From the NCBI GenBank assembly GCA_964016885.1, contig OZ024741.1, forward strand, positions 214,024,001 to 214,088,000: a stretch of 64,000 bases of DNA. Reading direction: 5' to 3'. The notes below the pieces were generated by a model, which worked only from the letters and a program-made list of their open reading frames with translations, had not been told where the DNA came from and did no database searches. The position numbers and the translations under genes are program-made. This DNA comes from Eledone cirrhosa. Taxonomy: Eukaryota. Positions 30,815 to 44,282 of this stretch are shown here, piece by piece (position 1 is the first letter of the stretch; every line of letters begins with the position of its first letter).

Positions 30815-31712
30815 ACTAAAACCACCACTATCACCGACCACCATCAACACTACCAACGGCACCACCACCACCATCGCCAACTGCACCACCAACATCACAA
30901 CCACTAACATCGCCGCCACAACGACCACTACCAACGGCACCACCATTAACACCACTAACATCACCGCCACAACCACCACTACCGTCGGCACCACCACCAC
31001 CACTACCACCACCGCCACTAACATCGCCGCCACCACCACCACTACCAACGGCACCATCATCACCGCCACTAACACCGCCGCCACCACCACCTCTACCAAC
31101 GGCACCATCATCACCGCCACTAACATCACCGCCACCACCACCACTACCAACCGCACCATCATCACCGCCACTAACATCACCACCACCACCACCACTACCA
31201 ACCGCACCATCATCACCGCCACTAACATCGCCGCCACCACCACCTCTACCAACGGCACCATCATCACCACCACCACTACCAACCGCACCATCATCACCGC
31301 CACTAACATCGCCGCCACCACCACCACTACCAACGGCACCATCATCACCGCCACTAACATCACCACCACCATCACCACCACTAACATCGCCGCCACCACC
31401 ACCACTACCAACCGCACCATCATCACCGCCACTAACATCGCCGCCACCATCACCACTACCAACCGCACCATCATCACCGCCACTAACATCACCGCCACCA
31501 TCACCACTACCAACCGCACCATCATCACCGCCACTAACATCACCACCACCATCACCGCCACTAACATCGCCGCCGCCACCACCACCACTACCAACGGCAC
31601 CATCATCACCGCCACTAACATCACCACCACCATCACCACCACTAACATCGCCGCCACCAACACCGCTAACACTCACTAAAACCACCACTATCACTTCTAC
31701 CATCACCACCAC
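30815..31712. repeat. ACC-rich minisatellite (~51 bp unit)
   Basis: CCACCACTACCAACGGCACCATCATCACCGCCACTAACATCGCCG units. Confidence 0.9.
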
Positions 31713-31784
31713 CATCGGCTTGTCTTATCTGTGTATGGCAGCCATGATTATATAGGACATTATTTTCCCTTTTTTCTTAAATCA

Positions 31785-32004
<220 letters not shown>

Positions 32005-32053
32005 TGCGTGTGTTTGCGAAGGTCCGATACAGGTGTCTTACACACACACACAC

Positions 32054-32258
<205 letters not shown>

Positions 32259-32282
32259 GTATATATATATATACACACACAC

Positions 32283-32356
<74 letters not shown>

Positions 32357-32449
32357 ATATGTATATATATATATATATATATGAAAGAGTGGGGAAAAGG
32401 ATGATAGAGAGATGTGGCGAGGATCGGAAAACTATCGTTGGAGAGACAA

Positions 32450-32496
<47 letters not shown>

Positions 32497-33110
32497 CCTG
32501 TGTGTGGGTGTGTGTGTGAGAGAGAGAGAGAGAGGTTTTCACAGTATGAACTCGTTCGTACTCCCTTTGGTGGTAACAATAGGATTAACTCGCTTTATTT
32601 TCCAATATTTATTTATGTTTAGAGGTAAGGGAATTCCCAGAAGCTCCCAATTTTTTTATCATTTTGTCTTCTGTGTTCTTAGTCACACTTGTGAAACCTT
32701 GCTCACGCTTTTGAATGAATGAGTAAGAGATGTATTGAGTGAGTGTGTCATTGATTGAGTGGTCGATTTATTGAGTATGTTAGTGACTGAGTGAGTGATT
32801 GAGTAAGCTATTTATTGAGTGAGTGATTGAGTAAATGACGTAGTGAGTGAGATATCGACTGAACAAGCAACTGTGTCAGTGGTTGAGTAAGCGATATATT
32901 AAGTGAGTGATTGAGTAAAGGGCGTATTGAGTGAGATATCGACTGAACGAGCGACTGTGTCATTGATTGAGTAAGCTATTTATTGAGTGATTGATTGAAT
33001 AAAGGGCGTACTGAGTGAGATATCGACTGAACGAGCGATTGTGTCAGTGATTGATTAAGCTATTTATTGAGTGAGTTACTGAGTGAACGAGTGTCAGTGA
33101 TTGATTAAGC

Positions 33111-33649
33111 AAGAGATGTGGAACCTGTGGCCCTCTATGCCATTCTGTGCGGCCCTTTGAGAGAACCAAAATTCCAACAAATTTTTAAATTTTATTAAAG
33201 ATTTTGTCTATCTCTTATTATAATTTAAACCAGTCACGGGCAACCTGCGGCCCGCGAAGCTCTCTGAATGGCTCGCCTAAGTCACCTAAGTGAAATCTTC
33301 CTGATTTTTTTACCCCAACTTTTCAGTCGTAATTTATCTTTCTATCATTTTTACGATCGAGGAAAACAACGTGTATAAATTCTGAAGAAACAAATCAAAA
33401 CAACCTGAGTTACCGCCATGTTTTTTTAATGTCGGCACGAATGTAAATAAGCGCTTACGGCCCGCCTGATGATGAGCGAAAAAGGTTGCCCATGCCTGAT
33501 TTGAACCATAAAACAAACATATTCTTTTCGTTTTTGAGATAATTCTGTAGATGTTTAAGAATATGTAATTATGGTGTCTTGAATGTGGCCTTATTATATT
33601 GCAAGTAACTTAATGTTGCCTTTCAGCATGGAAAGATTCCTCACTTTTG
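33111..33649. mobile_element. Old hAT-type MITE (outer element)
   Basis: Degenerate TIRs AAGAGATGTGGAACC / GATTCCTCACTTTTG; 8 bp TSD GATTAAGC/GATTAAAC. Confidence 0.55.
33231..33498. mobile_element. hAT (Charlie-like) MITE nested in the previous element
   Basis: TIRs CAGTCACGGGCAACC / GGTTGCCCATGCCTG; subterminal GCGGCCCGC; 8 bp TSD ATTTAAAC/ATTTGAAC. Confidence 0.8.
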
Positions 33650-33887
33650 GATTAAACGATATATTGATTTAGTTAGTGACTGAGTGATCAAGTGTGTGAG
33701 ATACCGAGTAAGAGCTATATTGAGTGAGCTAGTGACTGGGTGAGTGAGTGACTGATTAGTTAGTCAGATAAAGAATGTGAGAAGATCTTTGGTACGAATG
33801 CTGAAATCAATGTAACTATTATTTACATAATAATCATGTATTTAGTGTTGCTGTGAGTATTTAACTACGTAACTATGAGAAGAATGA

Positions 33888-35360
33888 CTGGTTGGCTGGA
33901 TGGTGGTTGGTTGGTTGATTGGTTGGTGGTTGGCTGGATGGTTGGCTGGATGGTTGGTTGGTGGTTGGCTGGATGGTGGTTGGTTGGTTGATTGGTTGGT
34001 GGTTGGCTGGATGGTTGGCTGGATGGTTGGTTGGTGGTTGGCTGGATGATTGGTTGGTTGGCTGGTTGGTTGGTGGCTGGCTGGATGGCTGGTTGGTTGG
34101 TTGGTTGGTGGTTGGCTGGATGGTTGGTTGGTTGGTTGGTGGTTGGCTGGATGATTGGTTGGTTGGTTGGTTGGTTGGTGGCTGGCTGGATGGTTGGTTG
34201 GTTGGTTGGTTGGTTGGTTGGTTGGTTGGTGGTTGGCTGGTTGGTTGGTTGGTTGGTTGGTTGGTTGGTTGGTTGGTTGGTTGGTTGGTTGGTTGGTTGG
34301 TTGGTTGGTGGTTGGCTGGCTAGATGGTTGGTTGGTTGGTTGGTTGGTTGGTTGGTTGGTGGTTGGCTGGATGGTTGGTTGGTTGGTTGGTTGGTTGGTG
34401 GCTGGCTGGATGGTTGGTTGGTTGGTTGGTTGGTTGGTTGGTTGGTTGGTTGGTTGGTTGGTTGGTTGGTTGGTTGGTTGGTTGGTTGGTTGGTTGGCTG
34501 GTTGGCTGGGTCGTTGGTTGGTTGGGTGGTTGGTTGGGTGGTTGTTGGCTGGATGGTTGGTTGGTTGGTTGGTTGGTTGGTTGGTGGCTGGATGATTGGT
34601 TGGTTGGTTGGTTGGTTGGTGGCTGGCTGGATGGTTGGTTGGTTGGTTGGTTGGTGGTTGGCTGGATGGTTGGTTGGCTGGTTGGTGGTTGGCTGGATGG
34701 TTAATTGTCTAGCTGGCTGGTTGGTTAGTTGATTCGCTAGCTCTCTAGTTAATTGTTTGGGTAACCGATTAGTTGGCAATCGGTTAAGCTGATTGGTTGG
34801 TTGAATGGTTGGCTGGTTGGATGGCTGGATGGTTGGTTGGCTGGCTGGGCGGTTGGTTGGTTGGTCGGTTGGATGCTTGGATGGTTGGTTGGCTGGATGG
34901 TTGGTTGGATGGTTGGTTGGCTGGTTGTTGGTTGGATGGCTGGCTGGTTGGATGGCTGGATGGTTGGCTGGTTGGATGGCTGGACGGTTGGATGGCTGGT
35001 TGGATGGTTGGTTGGCTGGTTGGTTGGCTGCTTGAATGGCTGGTTGGCTGGATGGTTGGTTGGATGGTTGGATGGTTGGTTGGCTGGTTGGCTGGTTGGT
35101 GGGATGGTTGGTAAGTTGGTTGGTTGGCTGCTTGGATGGTTGGTTGGCTGGTTGGCTGCTTGGTTGGCTGGTTGGCTGTATGGTTGGTTGGCTGGTTTGT
35201 TGGTTGGTTGGATGGATGGCTGGTTGTCTGGCTGGTGGGTAAGCTGGCTGAGTTGTTAGACTGGCTGTTAGGCTAACTAGCTAATCTATTGGTTAGTTGA
35301 CTGGTTAAATGCCTCGTTAGTCGACTAGTTAGCTGGCTGATTGACTGGTTGGTTGGTTGA
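33888..35360. repeat. (GGTT)n/(GGCT)/(GGAT) microsatellite
   Basis: Direct reading. Confidence 0.95.
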
Positions 35361-35711
35361 TTGGTAGCAAGACGACCTGGTTGTTAGGCCAACAGTTAGG
35401 CTTGTTGCTTAGTCGGTCGATCAGGGGAGATAAGCAGGTAGTGGATAGTAGAGGACAAATGATATAAAACGAGATGATAAGGTGAAGGACTCACATATAC
35501 TTAGATAGGAAATAACAATCATTTTCTGCCTCATTAAGCCACGGTTTTAAAGATTACAGCAGGACCTTTCTATCGCTGTCACTTTCTCTATATACCCCCC
35601 CCCCCTCTCCTCCATCTATATTCTCCCATCCCCCTCTCCCCGCTATCTACCTCTCTTTCCTCTGCTCTATATACTATCTCTATACTCTCTCTCTCTCATA
35701 TATATACATAT

Positions 35712-35789
<78 letters not shown>

Positions 35790-36243
35790 TAGATTTCAGC
35801 TTTCCTCTTCATCTTTTTTTCTCTTTCCCCTATCACTATTCCACTCATCCTTCACGACTCTCCCCTCTCTCTCCTCTCTTTAACGTTCTCTCCCCTCTCT
35901 CTCCTCCCCTTAACGTTCTCCCCCCCTCTCTTCACATCTCTCCCCTCTCTCCTCTCCTTCACATTCTCTCCCCTCTCCCCCCTCCTTCACATCTCTCCCC
36001 TCTCTCCTCCCCTTCACGTCTCTCCCCTCTCTTCTCAGTATAAAGTAAAAGAAACGGAAATTCTCTTAAATAATTTATCCTATGGATCGGTTTACGAGAT
36101 TAGCAATTGATGTTAATAATGATAATAATAATGATTTCTAGGCACAAGGCCAGCAATTTTGAGGGGAGGGGAAAGTCGATTACATCGACCACAGTTCTTC
36201 ATTGATCATTTTAACAAAGCCCTTATGTGTGTGGGTGTACAAG

Positions 36244-36395
36244 TCCCGGGTTAAATCGGGGGTAACCACAGTAAGTAAAGTACTCAATACATTAGTAGAA
36301 TGTAAACATCAAATTTAATATAGAAATGTCTTCTACGGGACTGGAACTGTTTGCTTCGAATGAAACAGTTCCAGTCCCGTAGAAGCCATTTCTAT
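36244..36395. mobile_element. Fold-back family C remnant (3' half of hammerhead in both arms)
   Basis: Matches 25350-25450; inverted arms TAGAAATG..ACTGTTT / AAACAGT..CATTTCTA. Confidence 0.75.
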
Positions 36396-36405
36396 ATATA
36401 TATCC

Positions 36406-36698
36406 AGGGAGTGTAACGCGGAGTTATTGTAGGTTCACCAGGGAGGGCACTCGATGTTTAGGTTCACGTCAGTATCGAGGTGTAGAGCTAGACAGAGTGT
36501 AATATAATAATACAATTACGTTTAGTGGTTGGTGACGCGCGTTTCGCTAATGATCAGCTCAAGGTTCGATCTGTATCGATCTGGCCTGACTCTGGGATCA
36601 AAAGCTCGTCAGACCTCTGTAGTAGTAATGACAAAAACGCGCGTCACCAACCAATAAACGTAATGAAGGAGTAACCATTCGTTCTTGTATTATTATCT
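36406..36698. mobile_element. Fold-back PLE-end remnant (family H)
   Basis: Inverted arms ATTACGTTTAGTGGTTGGTGACGCGCGTTT / AAACGCGCGTCACCAACCAATAAACGTAAT; contains a full hammerhead. Confidence 0.7.
36531..36615 (-). ncRNA. Type I hammerhead ribozyme (family H)
   Basis: GGT-CTGACGA-GCT..TGATC(long loop)GATCA..AGC-GAAA-CGCGCG-TC-ACC; palindromic ACGCGCGT; GUC site. Confidence 0.85.
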
Positions 36699-36706
36699 AT
36701 ATTTCT

Positions 36707-36889
36707 GGTGGATTGGCAGTATCGGTAGAGGGTCGGACGCCATGCTTCGACGCACAGAGTTATGGCCCTTGCCATTCTGAGTTCAAATCCCGCCGAGGTT
36801 AACTTTACCTTTCATCCTTACGGGCTCAATAAAATAAAGTACCAGTAAAGCACTGGGTAATTGCTGGCCTTGTGCCAAAAGTAGAAACA
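36707..36889 (+). mobile_element. SINE family 1 with 18 bp target-site duplication
   Basis: ATTATTATCTATATTTCT at 36689-36706 and 36890-36907. Confidence 0.9.
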
Positions 36890-37085
36890 ATTATTATCTA
36901 TATTTCTATATTTATAGATACATAACTTTATATATACTCCCCCTCTGGTTCAGCTGGAGTCGCTAGATGGCGTTGGCTGTGAGCCTTTCAATATTCATAG
37001 CTGGGCTTTTAAAAGGTTTATTTATTAAACATACCGTATATCTTTAGATATACGAAATTCTCATACTATGCCGAAGCTAAATTTT

Positions 37086-37133
<48 letters not shown>

Positions 37134-37309
37134 CTCTCTCTCTCTCTCTATCTATCTCTTTCTCTATCTCACTCTCTACCTCTCTCTCTTTCTCTCGCTA
37201 CGTCTCTCTTTTTCTCTGTCTCTCTTTCTCTATCTCTCTCTCTTTCTCTATCTATCTATCTCCCTCTCTCTTTCTCTCTCTCTTTATTTCTCTCTCTATA
37301 TATCTCAGT

Positions 37310-37392
<83 letters not shown>

Positions 37393-38096
37393 ACACGCAC
37401 ACACACACATATATATGTCTGTCTGTCTGTATGTAATATGATCTGTTTTGGTGTTAGTACTTGTGTTTATATTTGTTTCAACACGTGCCATATCAGAAAG
37501 TAAAGAGACCCTTAAGGGAGTTGTCTTCGGGTTCCCCTATCATTAGTGCCACATGAGTGCTAAACACAACAAATCTCTTTGAATACGGAGAGCCGTGGTC
37601 CTCTTTGTTGTCAATGGAATTCTCATGTATGAATATATGAAAATATAGTTCGGGGTTGTTCATGTTTCCCAGGTGACAATCTCTAGGGACATATTTGAAA
37701 TTGAAGCAGTTACATCATTGAAAAGTCATTTTAGTGATAGCCTTATCAGTTCTAGAGATTAAGATGTTGTACTCACGAACATAGTGTCATAGGTTCAGTT
37801 CCTGGACTGGCCGGTATTGTGTTTTTAAGCTTGATGCTTCGTTACACCTTGCTATCCATGTTAGGAATGTGGTTCTACTCCGAAAAAAAAGCACCTCTGC
37901 GACCTCGTTTGGCCAGCTAAACCTGCATAAGTGAGAGATGTAAATTTCCCATATGTAAGTGTAGTGAATATTAAACTTATATATTTATAATTATTTACAA
38001 CAGTGACATATACAGGTACTTAAGTTTCGTTGGGCTATACACCCTAACTCATTCATAAAATAAAAATGGCTACCTCCTATCACCATATATATATAT

Positions 38097-38229
38097 GAGA
38101 TGCGAGAAAAACCACAAACCCTCCATCTCAATTCTACTTTTGAAAAGCATAAGTACTGTTAAACCGGTAAAGGAAACAAATAAATATTCTTAAAAAGACT
38201 CCAGCTCCATTTTCGATTTCATCTTTTTT

Positions 38230-38235
<6 letters not shown>
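38097..38235 (+). mobile_element. Family D PLE-end remnant with decayed U3:A8 hammerhead (38136-38173)
   Basis: Homologous to 44245-44395; CTT-TTGAAAA-GCAT..CTGT-TAAA-CCGG-TA-AAG. Confidence 0.75.
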
Positions 38236-38291
<56 letters not shown>

Positions 38292-38409
38292 GGAATCTCA
38301 GTTTTTCGAATATTAATAATAATATTCGGTACGTTTGCAATTATGCAAACAAGCCTCATTTTTAAAGCCATGTCATTAGAATGAGCCCCTCATTCTTGGC
38401 ATGCAAACA

Positions 38410-38459
38410 GAACTGCAGACACTAATGTTTCTGGGTATTTCCCTTCATCAGTACAATTC
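38410..38459 (-). ncRNA. Minimal type I hammerhead ribozyme (family F)
   Basis: GAATTGTA-CTGATGA-AGGG AAATA CCCA-GAAA-CATTAGTG-TC-TGCAGTTC; 8 bp stem I; GUC site; remnant 38290-38484 lies between (TA)n runs. Confidence 0.8.
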
Positions 38460-38480
38460 ACTCTTCACCTGCCAACTGTC

Positions 38481-38547
<67 letters not shown>

Positions 38548-38552
<5 letters not shown>

Positions 38553-38848
38553 ATACTGTGGGTGGGTCACGCTGCCAACAAAACAGACGCACCTGTTGGT
38601 TCTCACTTCAATTTACTATAAACTCCCAGATGGGGTAGGGAAGAACAAAGGAGTGATACAAAATAACAACAAAGATAATCACTGAAGAGGTCACAGAATG
38701 TGTAACGAAAGAGCTTTGACAATCAACAACTAAAACAACCATCCGTTTATTAAATTAACCGACTGGGAGTTTATAATAAATTGAAGTGAAAAACATGATG
38801 TACGTGTGTTTTTATTGGCAGCATGACCCTCCCAAAGTATAAACATAT
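38548..38848. mobile_element. Fold-back PLE-end remnant (family G)
   Basis: 38548-38631 is the diverged reverse complement of 38761-38848. Confidence 0.75.
38674..38724 (+). ncRNA. Minimal type I hammerhead ribozyme (family G)
   Basis: TCA-CTGAAGA-GGTCACA GAA TGTGTAAC-GAAA-GAGC-TT-TGA; homologue at 4603-4642. Confidence 0.7.
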
Positions 38849-39175
38849 GTTTCAACTCACGTTTGAAACTATCGAAAGTCGGGACTAGAAATTTGGTAAA
38901 GTTTATATACATTTTTTCTTCAAACTTGCATTTTAGACATAGCTCCGTTTAATTGATTATTTGTCTAGTTCATTTCTACGGGCTATGAGGAAAGACTAAG
39001 TAAATTTTATCTGACTGTTCTTCACAGAGGAAAGTCTGTGATATTTATCTGTTATTTCTTCAAAGTTACATTTTAAACTTAGCTCCGTTTAAATGATTAT
39101 TTATCTAGTTAATTTCGGCGGACTAAGGAGAAGAAATATTGGATATATTTTGTCTGACTGTTCTTCAAACTTATA

Positions 39176-39207
<32 letters not shown>

Positions 39208-39209
<2 letters not shown>

Positions 39210-39340
39210 ATAGACTGCGGTATGGGTACCGGCAAACCACAAATCAGAATAGTACTCGATACATGGTAGGATGTAGAGTGGGTATATTAGTGAAGTAGAA
39301 GCTCTACTGCGAGCTCGGGCAGTTTTGGCAGGTTACCTCA
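39208..39340 (-). mobile_element. Diverged family A-like PLE end (3' half hammerhead)
   Basis: Minus AAAA-CTGC-CCGAGCTC-GCAG-TA; shares GTAGAGTGGGTA and GTACTCGATAC with family A; in (TA)n. Confidence 0.6.
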
Positions 39341-39473
39341 ATATATATATATGTTATTGTAATTTCGTCAAACTATTAATATTACATATATATATATATA
39401 TATATGCATATGCATTAAAAACATACACGTGTGTGTGCGTGTTTGTATGCATCTCTCTCTCTCTCTCTCTCTC

Positions 39474-39518
<45 letters not shown>

Positions 39519-40259
39519 GGGTGTGTGGGTGTGTCTGTTTTTCTTGTTGCCTGTCTATTCTTTTATCAAAACATATCTAATTGCAGGCTCAACAGTAATT
39601 ATATATGGTTGAATATATAGAAAAAAAATAAAATACCACCAACACCGTCACTACCTTCTCCACTCCACCACCGCCACCAGTTTCACCACTACCACTACCT
39701 ACGCACACCACCAAAGCCAACACCACCACCACCACGACCCTCATCACAACCACCAACCCCGCCGCTGCCGCCGCCGCCACCACCACCACAACCACCCTCA
39801 CCACCACCACTACCACGACCACCACCACTATTACCACCACCACCACCACCACCGCCAACCCTGCCATCACTACCACCACCACCAATTCTACCAACAAACC
39901 ACAACAATACATCAACACCCACCTTAGAACTCCCTCACAACTCTGTATCTCTGATATTAAACTATCCGAAATATCAACGATATTATATATCATCTCTATT
40001 TCTGTCCCTCACAAAATTACATTACCTTACGTATCCAGGCCACCAATCTTTAGTTATACAGTACTGGTAGTAGTCTTCCGACAACCCCTCCATGCCCACT
40101 AAGTCGATACGATATTGTTGGTATTTACTTCAGTTACAGGAACTGTGCTATTGCAATTAACGCCTCAGATTCCTCATTGCTTTATCTGCTGCTGCAGTTG
40201 GTAAAGAGAATAAGGTTTTTTTAAAAAGAAAAACTGTTTTTGTAGACACTCATGTCAAT

Positions 40260-40323
40260 TTACAAACACACACATACACACACATACACAGGCGCACACA
40301 CACACGCACACACACACACAGAG

Positions 40324-40355
<32 letters not shown>

Positions 40356-40800
40356 ACACACACACACATATATATACACACACACACGCACACACAGGCA
40401 CACATACACACAGACACGCACACAGAGGCACACACAGAGACACATAGACACACACACACACACACATAGTGACACACAGACACACAGACACATACACACA
40501 CACACACACATACACACACGCGCACACAGGCACACGCACACACAGGCACACACACACACAGAGACACACACAGAGACACACACAGAGACACACAGACACA
40601 CACACACAAACACACAGACAGACAAACACACACACACACACACAGACTGACATACGCAAAGAAACTCACAGGCACACACAGACAGACACACACACACACA
40701 AACATACACCCACAGATACACATAGGTACACGCACAAAGACACACACACACACACAGACACACACACAGACATAACGCACACAAACATGAACAAAGACAC
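40260..40800. repeat. Degenerate (CA)n tract
   Basis: Direct reading. Confidence 0.9.
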
Positions 40801-40878
40801 ACTCATACATATACTTGTATATATACATTTGTCTATGTATATGAATATATTTATGTGTGTGTGTGTATACATATATAC

Positions 40879-40928
<50 letters not shown>

Positions 40929-40991
40929 TAGAGAGAGATAGAGAGAAAGAGAGAGACAGAGGAGGCATGGATAGATATATGTGTGTGTATT

Positions 40992-41026
<35 letters not shown>

Positions 41027-41028
<2 letters not shown>

Positions 41029-41218
41029 GAAAAATATGATCCCGACGGCAGAGCTCAAGCCGTTTCGACGGCTATTTCTGGACTCCAGAAATAGCCGTCG
41101 AAACGGCTTGAGCTCTGCCGTCGGGTCATACTTTTTCCTATTTCCCACTCTACTACCCTAAGTATTGAGTACTCTGGTGCGTTATGGTCCATTTGGTTCC
41201 TTACCACAATTCCTTTGT

Positions 41219-41220
<2 letters not shown>
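41027..41220. mobile_element. Fold-back remnant, family A subfamily (tail on right)
   Basis: Palindrome centred at 41083 (TCTGGA-C-TCCAGA); right part is the reverse complement of 63358-63490; (TA)n flanks. Confidence 0.88.
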
Positions 41221-41259
<39 letters not shown>

Positions 41260-41539
41260 CTATATTATTGTTCAGTTGTATAGGAGGTGAATTATATGTG
41301 CAAACATTGATAATGCTCCGATGATTCCAAACGAGAGTTTGGAAGAAACGATTGTCAGCTATTAAATGATTTGAACACAACTTTGATAATTGTATAATTT
41401 ATTGATTTAACTACTCTGTAAAACAACTGATGTTCATATATTGAGCTATTTCCCTTACTGGTAATAAGGTTATTAAGAAATTACTGACCTTCCTGTTTGT
41501 GGTTGTTTATACTATATACATAACTACAAATAGTATTAT

Positions 41540-41583
<44 letters not shown>

Positions 41584-41784
41584 TAGAGAGAGTAAGTGAG
41601 AGACAAAGAGAGACATATAGGCATAGATAGATAGATGTGTGTGTGTGTGTGTTCTGCATTAAACTCTTTTCCTTTCATATGTAGATACTTGCTGCTCACT
41701 GATAGCAGACTTCGTCTTATTTACAGATACATTTATCTAGGCAACTATGGGCGTATAAGAGTGCGTCTCTGTTAAGGGGCGTGA

Positions 41785-42150
41785 AATTGGACGGCTGGGT
41801 CATGTGTTGAGGGACGATGAGATTGGCTCTTTTCTTCTCACCAAATCAGTTGTGGCTGTGAAGAGAAATGGAATAAGATGGTTTGGTCATGTGTTGAGGA
41901 AAGATGTAAGTGACTGTGTGAGAGGAGTAGAGCTAGTGACGAAAGTGTTTAGGAGAGAAGAGAGATGGAAATGAATGTGGAAGGAAGTAGAGGAAAGGAA
42001 GACCAAGTAAGACATGGCTAATGATAATCGAACAGAAATTGAGATCCACAGGGATTTACGATTTGACGGGTCGGGGGTCAAATTGAGAAACCTATCATGG
42101 AACCCTTTACAACTAACCCCTGCTTTGGCAAGGAAAATTGCCTAAAGATC
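41785..42150 (+). pseudogene. Decayed RTE-clade LINE fragment
   Basis: AGATGGTTTGGTCATGTGTTGAGGAAAGAT = RWFGHVLRKD; downstream GGAAGACCAAG (GRP). Confidence 0.65.
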
Positions 42151-42298
42151 GTGTTTTTCTTCTATATTTAACATCAGATAAGAATGACATGTATATATAC
42201 ACCAGAAATTATGGTTTCTTTATTTATATACACCAGAAATTATGCAAATTGTTTATGAATGTTTAACTAAACGTTTGCTTTTCTTTTCTTTCTTTCAG

Positions 42299-42323
42299 AG
42301 GAAACCACAATAATTATTTATTG
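42299..42323 (+). other. Candidate 25 nt microexon of an unknown host gene
   Basis: Branch-like AACTAA, long polypyrimidine tract, CAG acceptor, then G|GTAAGT donor. Confidence 0.45.
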
Positions 42324-42461
42324 GTAAGTACTTAAATTATTTTATCTTTGCTTTCCTTTTCTTATTTCATACTTATTTTTGTTCGAAATTCAAAGGAGCA
42401 CATGTATCGTAGTATTTAGATTTAACCCGGATGTTTATAGTATATTTTGATAGGTTTATGT

Positions 42462-42780
42462 TAGGGGTCTCAAGCTTAAGGACTCAAAAGGGTCCTTACT
42501 TCCTGGGGGAGAAATAAAGAGGACCAAAAGTGAAATGAAGAGGTGAGGACGTGAGTTTCACCAGTTATAATGTTAATCTGCAATGCAGCTGATAAGCTAC
42601 TTTTTATTATTTATTTTTTAAGATAGTAAGTTGGATCTGTGAATTAGTATAAAATGTAAGGGGACAAATTTTACGTTTTTAATTTTCCTTGGTTAGTGAC
42701 TAACATTATACTGCCGTGGGCTATAGAAAAGTAGTTTGCAGACCACATGTGCCACACGAGCCACGTGTTTGAGACATCTG
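42462..42780. mobile_element. Old hAT-type MITE
   Basis: TAGGGGTCTCAAGC ... GTTTGAGACATCTG; TSD poorly preserved. Confidence 0.45.
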
Positions 42781-43661
42781 CTTTAGACCAAGCAATGTCT
42801 TCCTTAGCAGCACCACTTGGCGAAGTCTTTTACCCCACAATACCTAATTAAATCATACCTAGGAGATATCCGGTTCTAGGTAGTTCTTTCTGAAATTTGT
42901 TGAAGGCATTTGAAAATTTACAGGATATTTTTTTCCAATGTTTGTGTTTAGCATAATGTTGAAGAGAGCAGAGCCAGGTGAGGTACAATAATTCTGTCAC
43001 AATGTCGTTATGTGATGTCTGCTAGATTTTTTTTGTTGGGGAAGAATGGGATGGTGTCCAAGGCTTGTTTGAATAATGTTTATGTTTAACCAAAATGTTC
43101 CATGGAAAACAAAACATGCCAAAATTGTATTCAGGTTTAGGATTCTTAATTTTTGCAAAAATGTTTAAGGTTAACTAATATTGTCAAGGTGAACAATCAC
43201 TTCGTGAGAATTTCGTAATTGTTTTTACAGATCATAGTATTGCTATTTTCTTGAACGTGCTCCTGGCGTTGCTTCGAGATAATCTATCAATTTCTTTATA
43301 TAAATAGTTTTATATCTTTCTTGCTGTGTCATTTACAATAGAAATAAGAGCATTCGTAAATTACCATATAGTGTTTAGTTCAACAGTCAAGTCTGTGTAG
43401 TTACTTAGCTTTTCAACTCTCATCTAAACAGTATTATAATCATTTAGCGGTCTTCATCATCTTCCCATAACTGATGCAGTTAGTCCTTGGGGTGCCGTTC
43501 TAAACGATTTTGCATTTAGCAAGCGCTGCTGGTGTCTGCCGTCCATAATGCGTAGAAGGGTTGCTATATGGTGACGTTTCTATTACGGCAATTTGTTGTC
43601 GAACCATATATATATATATATGTCGAACCATATGTATATATATATATATATATATGTCGAA

Positions 43662-43710
<49 letters not shown>

Positions 43711-43808
43711 GAACCATATATATATATATATATATATAGAAAAAGAGATGAAATCGAAAATGCAACTGAAGTCTTATTTTTTTTTTAAATATATATATTT
43801 ATTTGGTT

Positions 43809-43846
43809 CCTTTACCGGTTTCGCAGTTCTTCTGCTTTTCAAAAGG
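43809..43846 (-). ncRNA. Minimal hammerhead with U3:A8 core (family D, left arm)
   Basis: Exact reverse complement of 44283-44320. Confidence 0.8.
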
Positions 43847-44282
43847 TGAGTTGAGATGGAGGGTCTGTGGTTTTTCTCACATCTGGTTGGTCTCTGAATG
43901 TTACTTGTTTTATATGGAAAAAGTGGCTCGAAATTCCAGTTTTTTCGAGAAGTAATTTGATTGGTTTGTCAATAATTATAATAAATTTCGCCCCAGTTCA
44001 CGTGACAGCCAAATTTCATTTATAACCAACCAAAAAAAAGCCTTCGTGAGCCTCCTTTTTTCAAGTAAAAAGAAATTCAAACACTCATATATGAAAAAAT
44101 AACCTGTGACAACCCCCCCCCCCCCCTCTATTATTTGAAGAACTATTGTAACGCGAACTGGCGCGAAATTTATTATAATTATTGACAAACCAATAAAATT
44201 ACTTCTCGAAAAACCTGGAATTTCGAGCCATTCAGAGACCAACCAGATGTGAAAAAAACCACAGACCCTCCATCTCAACTCA

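Noticed and set aside
30806-31715. Gly/Asp-rich and Val-rich ORFs resembling structural proteins
   Set aside because: Product of an ACC-rich minisatellite, open in several frames, with no signal peptide or splice context
33467-33490. CTGATGA..GAAA inside the hAT MITE
   Set aside because: No stem II or III pairing; overlaps the TIR; chance match
33888-35360. Telomere-like G-rich repeat
   Set aside because: Unit is GGTT/GGCT/GGAT, not TTAGGG; ordinary microsatellite
40133-40200. Possible exon (TTCAG..GTTG|GTAAAG)
   Set aside because: Weak polypyrimidine tract and donor; no recognisable peptide
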